Virus record (IMG/VR): IMGVR_UViG_3300021335_000016
Coordinates: 1-61,106 of that record
Strand: one strand, 5' to 3'
DNA: 61,106 nucleotides
Source: a virus
Lineage: Duplodnaviria; Caudoviricetes
Shown: positions 39,030 through 47,380 of the stretch, piece after piece
Position numbering within the stretch: position 1 is the first letter of the stretch
How the letters are laid out: each line of letters starts with the position of its first letter
Notes under the pieces: model-generated
The model's input: only the letters and a program-made list of their open reading frames with translations
Database searches by the model: none
What the model was told of the DNA's origin: nothing
Translations under genes and position numbers: made by a program

Positions 39030-39058
39030 TTTTTATTTCCTATGAAAACCCGTAAATT

Positions 39059-39066
39059 TATTTATA
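39059..39066 (-). promoter_or_regulatory. T4 late promoter TATAAATA
   Basis: Exact match 30 nt upstream of the start at 39029. Confidence 0.75.
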
Positions 39067-40137
39067 TCAAACATATGGACCAATTGCCGAATCTAAACCA
39101 GAATCATTGTAGAATGGGAAGATGGCTTCATCCATAGTTTCGGTTGTGCTAGAGAATCTAATGCCCGGAATAAATCCAATAGTATCAAATGTACCACTAT
39201 CTTCATCCATTGTAATACCAGAAGAGTCAGACATATTGTATGCAATTTCAGCAGAATTATCACTATCACTGAATCTTCTAGAGTTAGGATCAAGAAGGTC
39301 TGCAATAGAGATATACTGACCATTGTAAAGAGAATTGTTGAGGATATCAGAATCTTCTGCATCAGTCTGGTAAATGTCAAATCCACGACTAACAGCAAAT
39401 CTTCTCTGTGCATCACTATCAATTGCAGTGACAGACGTAAGACTTGTAAATTCAGTTTCACCATCAGAAACAATAATAGATGCAGCAGAAGCAGCAATAT
39501 CAGAGTCTGTAATAATTTCAGTAAGTGGTCTTCCAAACATACTTACAACTGGTTCAAAGGCTGTCTCAGTGAAGATAGCATAACCAGCTGGATGTAGATA
39601 TGTCTTATAATAATCAAACCATTCTGTTGCAGGAATAGAACTTTTAATAAGAATAGAAAAGATTTGATAAAAATAAGAATCTTGAATGAACTTTAGTGAT
39701 TCGGCACCAATTCTACTCTGTCCAACAATAAACATATCATTTCTAGGTAATATTTTTTCAACATCTTGCTGGAAGAAATATCTAAAATATGAATCAATAG
39801 AAACGTTTGTGCCTTTGATCTTATAAAGACTTGGTAACTGTTTAAGTGCAAATCTAGGAGATGGAAATTTGGATACACCAAAACTTGGTGACTTTTCCTG
39901 AAACAGTAAATTTAAAAATTCTTCAGAAGTAGACTCTGGGTCTCTAGCAGTAAAGATATTCTTTAAGTCATGGGCAATACCATCTTCACCATCAATATAC
40001 TCGTAGTATGCTTTCAGAAACTCTACTAACTTAGGATATTGTTCTTTAAAATGTTCAGGGACAATCGTATCAACCTGAGATTCTTTCAAGTCAACATTTA
40101 ATCTATTTAAGTCAGAGAGAGTTTTAATATTAGACAT
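39067..40137 (-). CDS. gp7: Baseplate wedge initiator, compact gp7-like protein
   Basis: P.HF.EQYP.LVEFLKAYYEY, LY..KGT..S, IQDSYFYQIFS, HPAG; follows gp6. Confidence 0.75.
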   Translation of the reverse strand: MSNIKTLSDLNRLNVDLKESQVDTIVPEHFKEQYPKLVEFLKAYYEYIDGEDGIAHDLKNIFTARDPESTSEEFLNLLFQEKSPSFGVSKFPSPRFALKQLPSLYKIKGTNVSIDSYFRYFFQQDVEKILPRNDMFIVGQSRIGAESLKFIQDSYFYQIFSILIKSSIPATEWFDYYKTYLHPAGYAIFTETAFEPVVSMFGRPLTEIITDSDIAASAASIIVSDGETEFTSLTSVTAIDSDAQRRFAVSRGFDIYQTDAEDSDILNNSLYNGQYISIADLLDPNSRRFSDSDNSAEIAYNMSDSSGITMDEDSGTFDTIGFIPGIRFSSTTETMDEAIFPFYNDSGLDSAIGPYV

Positions 40138-40139
40138 TG

Positions 40140-42035
40140 TTAGTTAGTCACACCTACAACAGCTGTTGCGTCATTAGTATCTGAAGTAGCAACAGCAGTA
40201 TTTGTGCCGATAGAGATTAGAGTATTTCTTAATGGTTTGAACACACTATCATCAGCAGCAGTAGCAGTAATAGTTAAGTATGAATTTCCAGATGCAATAG
40301 ATTCTGGCAAGAATCCTACAAGATTAACTTTACCTGTAGTTGGTTCATAGTTACCAATACTTGAAATGACAACATTGCCCTGTCTGTCAACTGCCTGTAG
40401 TGTAGTTGAATGTGAGGGGGCATTTCTAACTGTACAAGAAATGCCATTCACAACAAATCTATCACTAGTAATACTAGGCACGGTCATCAAAGGAGCTTCA
40501 ATAGCATTAATGAAATTAATTGTATAATCTGTTCTGACAAAGGAACCACTGTCTGGGTTTACTAAAGGAGTAAATCTAGCAGACATTTTAATATCAATAT
40601 TGGAACCCAAAATAGAAGGATCAGCAGCATCAACTTGCGCTTCAAGTTTAGACTTTCTAATTGTAGCATTAAATTTACCAGAGTTTGCTGCAAAATAGGA
40701 AGAGACTGTACTTTGAATTTTACCCTGTAATGCATTTCTAGTCAAGTTTGTCAAGGATTCATTATATCTAAAGTTTGTCACCAAGTCCAAATATATGAAT
40801 GTAGGTTCAACAAACTCTGCTTCAACACCAACTACAGAAAGTGGATCAGTAAGATTACTTCTAATCAAAGTCTGTAGAGCTGCTTTTTGAATTGCATTAA
40901 CATCACTTTCATATACAATAGAGATAATTGTCTTGCCATACTTGGCAGGGATATTGTCTTCACCACCCCATGCATTAATAGACTTAATACCAGGGACACC
41001 GTTAGCAATTACACCCCTATAGTCCCCTGCTGCTACCAGTCTGTTCTGTGCAAGATAAGAAAGTGGAGCATTTGTGCGAATAGATTCAAGGCTTTCTTTA
41101 TCAGCACCGAATGCTGACTTAGTACCTTTTCTAACAATAGTATTCAGTGTTCTGTTACCAAATCCAGATACAGCCAATGTAGAAACAGGACTAAATGAAC
41201 TAGCACCATTTGCTGATAGACCATTTGTTCTCAAATAGGTAATACGAATAACTTCACCATTTACAGGGTTTTTACCTGTAATACCCAAGACACCAAAGTT
41301 AAACTCCCAATAACCATTGTATGTTTCTAATGGAAGATAAAGAGCAGTGTCTGCTGTAACACTTGTAATAGCATTACCACCAGAAGTAGCGTTAGCACTA
41401 AAGTAAGAAGTAAAGTTATCAGAGTTGATGTTATCATAAACCTGAACACCAACTGTAGACAAATCTAGGTTTTCATCTGGAACAACATATACTTGTCTAT
41501 CACCTGTAATTTCAGCAATAAATGTTTTTACAATCAACTCACCTTCAAATACTCTAATGTAAGGATCACCGAGAGCATCTACAAAAGTATAAAGGTTTGG
41601 TTGTAATGGATTTGGATAAGCAGTATGCTCTACTAGCGTTCTAAATGTATATTGTGTGCCATCAACAGTTGCAGTGAATTGTGTTCCAGCGGGCATAGTG
41701 ATACTGGAAGGTTTACCTGAACCTGATCCCAAATCAACTGTTACTGTCAACTGAGCAGTAGATGCAGTCTTTGATCTTGGAATATATCCAAAAGACAGTG
41801 AGTGGTTTACCAAAGATGTTCTAAGTTGTGCAGTAGGAAGAAATGCCTCATTCAAGGCAAAGTTTGCAATCAAGCCATTTAGATGCGTATTATATGCCAA
41901 CACATCAAGGATATTAGAAAGTCCAGAACCTTCAAAGTCATAATCTGCAAATTCAGACTTCTGTGCAAAGTATGTCTTTAGAGATGTTTTAATATCATCA
42001 AAGTTTAAGTCTGATGAATTGATTGTGGTCGCCAT
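40140..42035 (-). CDS. gp6: Baseplate wedge subunit
   Basis: LNFDDIK.SLK, DYDFEGSGLSNILDVLAYNTH, NEAFL.TAQLR, QNRLV...DY, WGGEDN.P..YGK. Confidence 0.95.
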   Translation of the reverse strand: MATTINSSDLNFDDIKTSLKTYFAQKSEFADYDFEGSGLSNILDVLAYNTHLNGLIANFALNEAFLPTAQLRTSLVNHSLSFGYIPRSKTASTAQLTVTVDLGSGSGKPSSITMPAGTQFTATVDGTQYTFRTLVEHTAYPNPLQPNLYTFVDALGDPYIRVFEGELIVKTFIAEITGDRQVYVVPDENLDLSTVGVQVYDNINSDNFTSYFSANATSGGNAITSVTADTALYLPLETYNGYWEFNFGVLGITGKNPVNGEVIRITYLRTNGLSANGASSFSPVSTLAVSGFGNRTLNTIVRKGTKSAFGADKESLESIRTNAPLSYLAQNRLVAAGDYRGVIANGVPGIKSINAWGGEDNIPAKYGKTIISIVYESDVNAIQKAALQTLIRSNLTDPLSVVGVEAEFVEPTFIYLDLVTNFRYNESLTNLTRNALQGKIQSTVSSYFAANSGKFNATIRKSKLEAQVDAADPSILGSNIDIKMSARFTPLVNPDSGSFVRTDYTINFINAIEAPLMTVPSITSDRFVVNGISCTVRNAPSHSTTLQAVDRQGNVVISSIGNYEPTTGKVNLVGFLPESIASGNSYLTITATAADDSVFKPLRNTLISIGTNTAVATSDTNDATAVVGVTN

Positions 42036-42037
42036 TC

Positions 42038-42484
42038 TTATCTAATCCTTGATATTGAAGTATCTAGCACTACAAGTTCTTCTGTGTTTACAACTTTAAA
42101 TTCAACCCTAACACCAAGATAATTTCTATCAGGGTTATCTCTAACATTAACAGAAACTAACTCAGCTCTTGGTTCATATAATTTAAGTGCATCTGTAATA
42201 GCATCTTCAATCAAAAAAGCATTTTCTTCATCAGTAAAGTTTTCAAATAATCTAGAGCGAAGGTCTGCACCAAAGTTAGGTTGAAAAGGCTTCTCACCAA
42301 AGTTTGTCTGTAAAATTGTTTTCACAGATTGTTTAACAGCAGCAGCATCAGTCTTTTTAAAAATATCACCTGTGGTTCTTACAGCAAAAGTCAAATCCAA
42401 ATCACTATATTTACGATTTCTCGTAGTGACAATGGATGACTCTAAATTGCCATCTTCTATTGAAAGTGCTTTTGTAACTGCCAT
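42038..42484 (-). CDS. gp25: Baseplate wedge subunit
   Basis: YSDLDLTF, AVKQSVKTILQT..GEKPFQP.FG, YEPRA. Confidence 0.93.
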   Translation of the reverse strand: MAVTKALSIEDGNLESSIVTTRNRKYSDLDLTFAVRTTGDIFKKTDAAAVKQSVKTILQTNFGEKPFQPNFGADLRSRLFENFTDEENAFLIEDAITDALKLYEPRAELVSVNVRDNPDRNYLGVRVEFKVVNTEELVVLDTSISRIR

Positions 42485-42512
42485 TGTACCATTTTTCTTA
42501 TTATTCTATGTT

Positions 42513-43406
42513 TTATTTATACTGAAAATACCCAAGTCCATCAGTAATGAAGGTTCTGAAATTAATATCAGTTCTAACTTTTCTCTGATATATTCCTCTA
42601 TAGTTATTATCAACCTTGGGCATTACAACAATAATCTCTGCATGATAAACTTTATCTTTCTCTAAAATAACGTTTTCATCAAACCTACCAGAGATAGGGT
42701 CTTCAACTACAGGGTCTAAACTATCATAATGTAAAATCAATCCTTGGAACAGATGATTGTCTTTCCAATAGTTTGCAAGTTCAAATGTAGCATAGGCATC
42801 ATTCTGACCTTTACTATTCAAAACCTCATATACAACTGCCCTACCTTGTGTCTGTAAATCTCTAATGTCTCCAGCTACAAGAGTTTCGCTACTTTGCTTT
42901 TTAACCAAACCTTCAGTTACAATTAAACTGTGTTTCTTAAACTTTTCACTATTTCTGAAACCTTCAATTAGAGGAACATGACAATAGAACTGCTTTGCAA
43001 TCTGCTTGCGTTCACTATTATTTAAATGATTGACAGTTGCTCTAGTTCCCGGTGAAGATACAAATAGAGATAATGGAATACCACTACCGAGTTTAGTGCC
43101 TGTGTCAATTTTCTCAAGTTTTATAGGATCATAAATTGGACTTGGTAAAATTCTAGACAAACCCAAATTTTCTTTATATCTTCTGATAGTCGCAGAATTA
43201 ATCAGTGACTTCTTAGAGTATTTCACTTTAGAGTCTTTACCAAAATATGTTCTCATTCTTTTGGCAATTGAAACAAAGTAATCTTTTCCAATAATATTTT
43301 TTGCAACAATAGCACCTACAAAGAATCCATCATTTCTGTTATTAGGGTCTCTGAGCAAGGCTCTTGCTTGTCTAGTTGTGATTTTATTAAAATTTACACT
43401 TAACAT
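42513..43406 (-). CDS. gp5-linked protein with a degenerate peptidase M15-like domain
   Basis: Likely start is the ATG at 43406 (TAATG coupling). KLGSGIPLSLF, QGRAVVYE and GLILHYD recall the M15 scaffold but lack the Zn ligands. Confidence 0.5.
   Translation of the reverse strand: MLSVNFNKITTRQARALLRDPNNRNDGFFVGAIVAKNIIGKDYFVSIAKRMRTYFGKDSKVKYSKKSLINSATIRRYKENLGLSRILPSPIYDPIKLEKIDTGTKLGSGIPLSLFVSSPGTRATVNHLNNSERKQIAKQFYCHVPLIEGFRNSEKFKKHSLIVTEGLVKKQSSETLVAGDIRDLQTQGRAVVYEVLNSKGQNDAYATFELANYWKDNHLFQGLILHYDSLDPVVEDPISGRFDENVILEKDKVYHAEIIVVMPKVDNNYRGIYQRKVRTDINFRTFITDGLGYFQYK
42514..42521 (-). promoter_or_regulatory. T4 late promoter TATAAATA for gp25-gp6-gp7
   Basis: Exact match overlapping the upstream gene's last codons. 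Confidence 0.72.
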
Positions 43407-44995
43407 TATATCCACCCTTTACTTTCACCCAAGTCATAAGCATTAGACCATCCTTGATCTGACAGACTATATTTACCACCCTTCTCATGATTAGCCATTG
43501 CCTTGGCCAGTGCAATAGTTCCCGCTTTTGTTTTGGTGTAGTCGGATACATTCTTACTAGTATCAATACCTTGCGCTCTTAGTTTTGACAGATAACTACT
43601 AACATGATTTCCACCAGACCAAGTATTAATAGCATCTGCAATACTTTCATTTCTGTAGTATTTACCTTCTTTCAGTAGAGACATTTGTGCAGCTGCCCCA
43701 CCTTCCTTTGTCGCAAATCCTGCAATAGAATGCCCCCCACCAATTGTATCACTATTTGAAATCGCACCATATTTGTTTTGCCAACTTGAAGGATACATTC
43801 CACCTGGGTTATTATATCTCTCAGTAGCTGGGTCATTTGGATTAAAATCCCCTACTCCTGATCTTGGGTTGGCAATATTATTTACTGGTGGATCAGAAGA
43901 AATTTCACCATCATCAAATGTCTCTGGAGTATCAACAGGGTCAAGACCACTACCATCACTAGTACCATCACTGAGTACACCTAAATTCTGTATGTCACTT
44001 ATACTGAATTCCGTAAGTCCACCTTTCACACTTCCCTCAATAGTCCCATCAATTACACCAGGTTTACGAATACCAATATCATGAGTTTTAGTTTGACCTT
44101 CAGTCAAGTTTGCTTCTGTAGGCTTAGCAGTCACTTCTCCAACGGGATCTGTGCTTGTCATGTATCTTGCTCTTTGTGCTGTGCCTATAAGGTCACCATG
44201 ATATGTTTTACCATACATGACCATATTATCACCACCAATTGTTCCTTTTGAACCAAGGATAGATGTGCATATACCAACTAGTCTATTTGCTAAAGCAGAA
44301 CTTGTCATATTTTCTTTAGCAGTAAGTGTCATATGTCTACCAGAGTAAATGTCAATATCACTTTCTGCTGTTATTCTTGTTGATTTTTTAGAAATAAAAT
44401 AACTATTATTCATACTCTCTACAGTGTAGTTACCAAGAACAACTTCTGATTTATTACCTTGAGTTGTTACAATTCTATCACCTACAAAGTTTTCTACCTT
44501 TTCCTGTTCAATCTCTTCTACCTGTTTGCCTTTTGTGGTAACAGTGTAGTTGTTACAAGATACATTAAAGTCACCTTCTACATTGATATTCAGATTGCCC
44601 TTATATGTAATGTCACCATTAGCATTTACAATCATTGTAAAATCATCGCCAACTAGCTGCACCATTTTTCCTACTGAGTTGACAAGCATTGTAGCTTGTT
44701 CATCAGCCTTTGGATACATTTCAATACCACTACCATCTTTATGAACATATGATAGACGTTCACCACCCTGTGTATCGTCATGTTCAATTCTATGTCCAGA
44801 GGAAGTTTCTTCTACTTTGTTATGAGGATACTTTGGTTGCCAATCGGTTTTGATTAAGTCAGCACCTTCAACGCCATCAGGCAAAACAATTTTAGGTTCC
44901 CACTCTTCCCGTGCAGCTTTGTTGGTAGTTGCCTTGCCAATATATTCCTCTCTTGGGAATGCACCATCCGGGTCTTTAAATCCTGTATCAGACAT
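43406..44995 (-). CDS. gp5: gp5 C-terminal part (beta-helix needle) fused to a lysozyme-like domain
   Basis: KYPHNKVEETSSGH.IE.DDT.GGERL...H.DG..IE; V.GD beta-helix repeats; C-terminal RYNNPGG...F.T.E.G...SIADAI..W...AMANHE. Confidence 0.8.
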   Translation of the reverse strand: MSDTGFKDPDGAFPREEYIGKATTNKAAREEWEPKIVLPDGVEGADLIKTDWQPKYPHNKVEETSSGHRIEHDDTQGGERLSYVHKDGSGIEMYPKADEQATMLVNSVGKMVQLVGDDFTMIVNANGDITYKGNLNINVEGDFNVSCNNYTVTTKGKQVEEIEQEKVENFVGDRIVTTQGNKSEVVLGNYTVESMNNSYFISKKSTRITAESDIDIYSGRHMTLTAKENMTSSALANRLVGICTSILGSKGTIGGDNMVMYGKTYHGDLIGTAQRARYMTSTDPVGEVTAKPTEANLTEGQTKTHDIGIRKPGVIDGTIEGSVKGGLTEFSISDIQNLGVLSDGTSDGSGLDPVDTPETFDDGEISSDPPVNNIANPRSGVGDFNPNDPATERYNNPGGMYPSSWQNKYGAISNSDTIGGGHSIAGFATKEGGAAAQMSLLKEGKYYRNESIADAINTWSGGNHVSSYLSKLRAQGIDTSKNVSDYTKTKAGTIALAKAMANHEKGGKYSLSDQGWSNAYDLGESKGWI

Positions 44996-45685
44996 CTATC
45001 TGAATCCTCTTGCTCTACTTGCAGCCATAACTCCATCTACACCTAATGACCCCACTCTTCTAGCATCAGCATTTCGCAATACATTTCTTTTACCAAAAGA
45101 ATTCTCAACATATTTCACAACATCAAAGCCAGGGTCTGTTGCATTAAGATTTATATCAGAATGACCAAATGCTTGCCCACCTGGAAGAATAGTATAGAAA
45201 GTCTTCATAAATTTATGGAATGTATTCCACTGTAAAGGTGAGCATGAATTAATATCTTGCACACCATCATTCAATCCACCTACAAAAGCAACACTAATAC
45301 TGTGCTGTAAGTGGTTTGTAACTGTTGTGTGTGCAGGGGTAGAGTTAATCAGTTTATTAATCTGAATACGACCATCTCTGAGAATCAGGAAGTGAAAGTT
45401 AATATCATCTAACCCATATTGATTAGAGAACCAATCAACTAATTCATCTCTTTTAAAGTTCTGTCTATAATCACTAGAAGTGTGATATACAATAACTTCA
45501 GTATATTCTCTTCTACTAGAACGCAAGTATGATTCTAGTTCTTCAGCAGTTTCAATTATATCACCAACTTCAACTTTGTCAACATCAAAAATTGGATTTA
45601 CATCATTACCTAAAAAGTCTGATTGTAAAACCTTTTGAGAAGGATTAAAAGCATCAGCAAAATTGATTGTTGTAGTTACAGCCAT
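44996..45685 (-). CDS. N-acetylmuramoyl-L-alanine amidase (Amidase_2 / T7 lysozyme-like)
   Basis: VIVYHTS, FHFLILRDGRI, AHT, SISVAFVGG, GHSDI, TDPGFDV give His/His/Asp Zn ligands. Confidence 0.8.
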   Translation of the reverse strand: MAVTTTINFADAFNPSQKVLQSDFLGNDVNPIFDVDKVEVGDIIETAEELESYLRSSRREYTEVIVYHTSSDYRQNFKRDELVDWFSNQYGLDDINFHFLILRDGRIQINKLINSTPAHTTVTNHLQHSISVAFVGGLNDGVQDINSCSPLQWNTFHKFMKTFYTILPGGQAFGHSDINLNATDPGFDVVKYVENSFGKRNVLRNADARRVGSLGVDGVMAASRARGFR

Positions 45686-45691
45686 TATATC

Positions 45692-46435
45692 TTAATCCTC
45701 TCTAGCAATACTTTGCAAATCCCCAAATGTATCTGGTCTAGATGTTTCTGTAGGAATAAACATATTCTTTTTAAATTGATCGGTTGATATTTTGTTCAAT
45801 TGATCACCTAAAGCCTTAATTCGCTCGATGCTTTCGAAGTCTATAATTGAACCACCAACAAATCCCCCTCCTGTAGTGTCACTATACCTAACATTCGTAC
45901 CTTTCACATACGTTAATGTTTCATCACACAACATGGCAGAAAGTTCAGCAGCATAAATTCCCGGAGAACCACCTACTCTTGTTTCATCCTCTTCTGTGAG
46001 TTTAGACCTTTTTGATACAGAATTAGGGTCTTCATAAATGCCTATTTCACCTCTTGCAACTCCAGGGGGCAGACCACCCGGAGTTAGTGGTTTATTTGAT
46101 CCACCATCAAATGGATTTGGCGCACCTTTACCGGGTTGATTTTCATGTTCTACTTTTTCATTACCAATAATCTTTGTTCCAGGTGGACCATAGTTAGGAA
46201 AGTCAGTAGGATCAACATCATCATCAAATTCTTCATTTGAATTCAATTGGTTATCTAAAATTCTTTCTGTAATTTCTGCTTTAGTTTCAAATGGGTGAGT
46301 TGAACCTTTTGGAAGATAGTTTGCAACATATTTATCAAATTCTGCACCAAGACTAGGATCACCCAAGTATCCAGTAACTTGTCTAGAATTTTGATCCTGA
46401 GTTGGTGCAACTTCTTGGTTATACGTGGTACTCAT
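45692..46435 (-). CDS. Hypothetical protein within the gp5 locus
   Basis: 247 aa, Gly/Pro-rich middle, closely coupled to both neighbours. Confidence 0.55.
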   Translation of the reverse strand: MSTTYNQEVAPTQDQNSRQVTGYLGDPSLGAEFDKYVANYLPKGSTHPFETKAEITERILDNQLNSNEEFDDDVDPTDFPNYGPPGTKIIGNEKVEHENQPGKGAPNPFDGGSNKPLTPGGLPPGVARGEIGIYEDPNSVSKRSKLTEEDETRVGGSPGIYAAELSAMLCDETLTYVKGTNVRYSDTTGGGFVGGSIIDFESIERIKALGDQLNKISTDQFKKNMFIPTETSRPDTFGDLQSIARED

Positions 46436-46821
46436 TATACACTGTTCCTATCTAAAAGATCATATGCAGTATCTATGGTATTCTGAAGACCTGTATTATC
46501 TTTCAGAATATATTCATGAATAATTTGTGCAGCCTGTTCTACTGTCTCTGCCTCTTTTAATTCATTACCTCTTAGAGAGTCGTCCTCTTTGAGTCGTTTA
46601 AATAAAAAGTTTGTTTGATTTATGATTTCATTTATATCTAAATTTTTAGAAAAACAATAATCAAAATATTTTTGCTTTGTTGTGCCACGAAACTTAAAAA
46701 CACCAAATGTTACATCATCACCAGTTTGCCCACCTGATACTCTTGTAGGGTCTGGTTTTGGTGTTACATCCGTTCCAACTGTAGTTACAGTTTGACCTAA
46801 TCCGGGTACAATAAGTGCCAT
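46435..46821 (-). CDS. Degenerate phage tail lysozyme (Phage_lysozyme2-like), C-terminal part
   Basis: FGVFKF.G...Q.NFL..RL......LKEAETVEQAA matches the G-x-x-Q-W...Q..F...EL...A.TVE.AA scaffold with QW lost. Strong SD TAAGGAG. Confidence 0.5.
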   Translation of the reverse strand: MALIVPGLGQTVTTVGTDVTPKPDPTRVSGGQTGDDVTFGVFKFRGTTKQKYFDYCFSKNLDINEIINQTNFLFKRLKEDDSLRGNELKEAETVEQAAQIIHEYILKDNTGLQNTIDTAYDLLDRNSV

Positions 46822-46830
46822 GATAACTCC

Positions 46831-47376
46831 TTACGGTGCATAACTCGCAGCTGCTACTGCTGCTGCTGTTACTGTTGAAAACCCTTCTTGTTTAGCAGCC
46901 TGAAATACAGTCTGACCTTGAGAAGAGTTTGCGATAATTGTGCCACCAACATTAGCAGCATTTACAGTGCCTCCAGCACCACCAAGAGACGTGCTAATTG
47001 CAGCCGGTGTAATTTTTGCTTCTGGTTTAATATCTTCACCTGGCGCTTGTTCTATCTTACCTATAGTTCCAATAACTAATGGATTTTGAGAATGCTTACC
47101 ATCTAAGAAAATACCAAAGACCCATGAACCTTGTTCAATACCTGTAGGACTTCTACCAACACCAGAAACGCCCCCATATGTAGCAGGGACTAGAACAGAA
47201 GCCCACGGTAGTAACTCTGTAGGAACTTCAGTAAGATATGGATTGTGCGCACCATAAACTCTAACCCTGACTCTACCAAGTTTTTCAGGGTCATTTTTAT
47301 TATCTTCAACAATACCCAAGAACCATCGGGTATCGTCTCCATAAAACTCTTTCTGTAATACCTTGTATAGTTCCAT
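46831..47376 (-). CDS. gp5: gp5 N-terminal OB-fold part
   Basis: WFLGIVED..DPEKLGRVRVR..G.H, LPWA, PTGIEQGSWVFGIFLDG..SQ.PLVIGT. Confidence 0.88.
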   Translation of the reverse strand: MELYKVLQKEFYGDDTRWFLGIVEDNKNDPEKLGRVRVRVYGAHNPYLTEVPTELLPWASVLVPATYGGVSGVGRSPTGIEQGSWVFGIFLDGKHSQNPLVIGTIGKIEQAPGEDIKPEAKITPAAISTSLGGAGGTVNAANVGGTIIANSSQGQTVFQAAKQEGFSTVTAAAVAAASYAP

Positions 47377-47380
47377 ATCT

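Noticed and set aside
19075-40137. DS enrichment as a by-product of selection for GANTC (CcrM/HinfI) DNA sites, since GAY-TCN contains GANTC
   Set aside because: In the one gene checked codon by codon (28114-29316), 7 of 13 DS pairs use AGY serine codons, which do not form GANTC. Glu-Ser, which would also form GANTC, is not visibly enriched.
44996-46833. Genome-wide stop-codon reassignment suggested by in-frame stops in the gp5 locus
   Set aside because: TAA, TAG and TGA all end conserved core genes at expected positions (gp20 TAA, gp32 TAG, gp16 TGA), and long genes are not interrupted.
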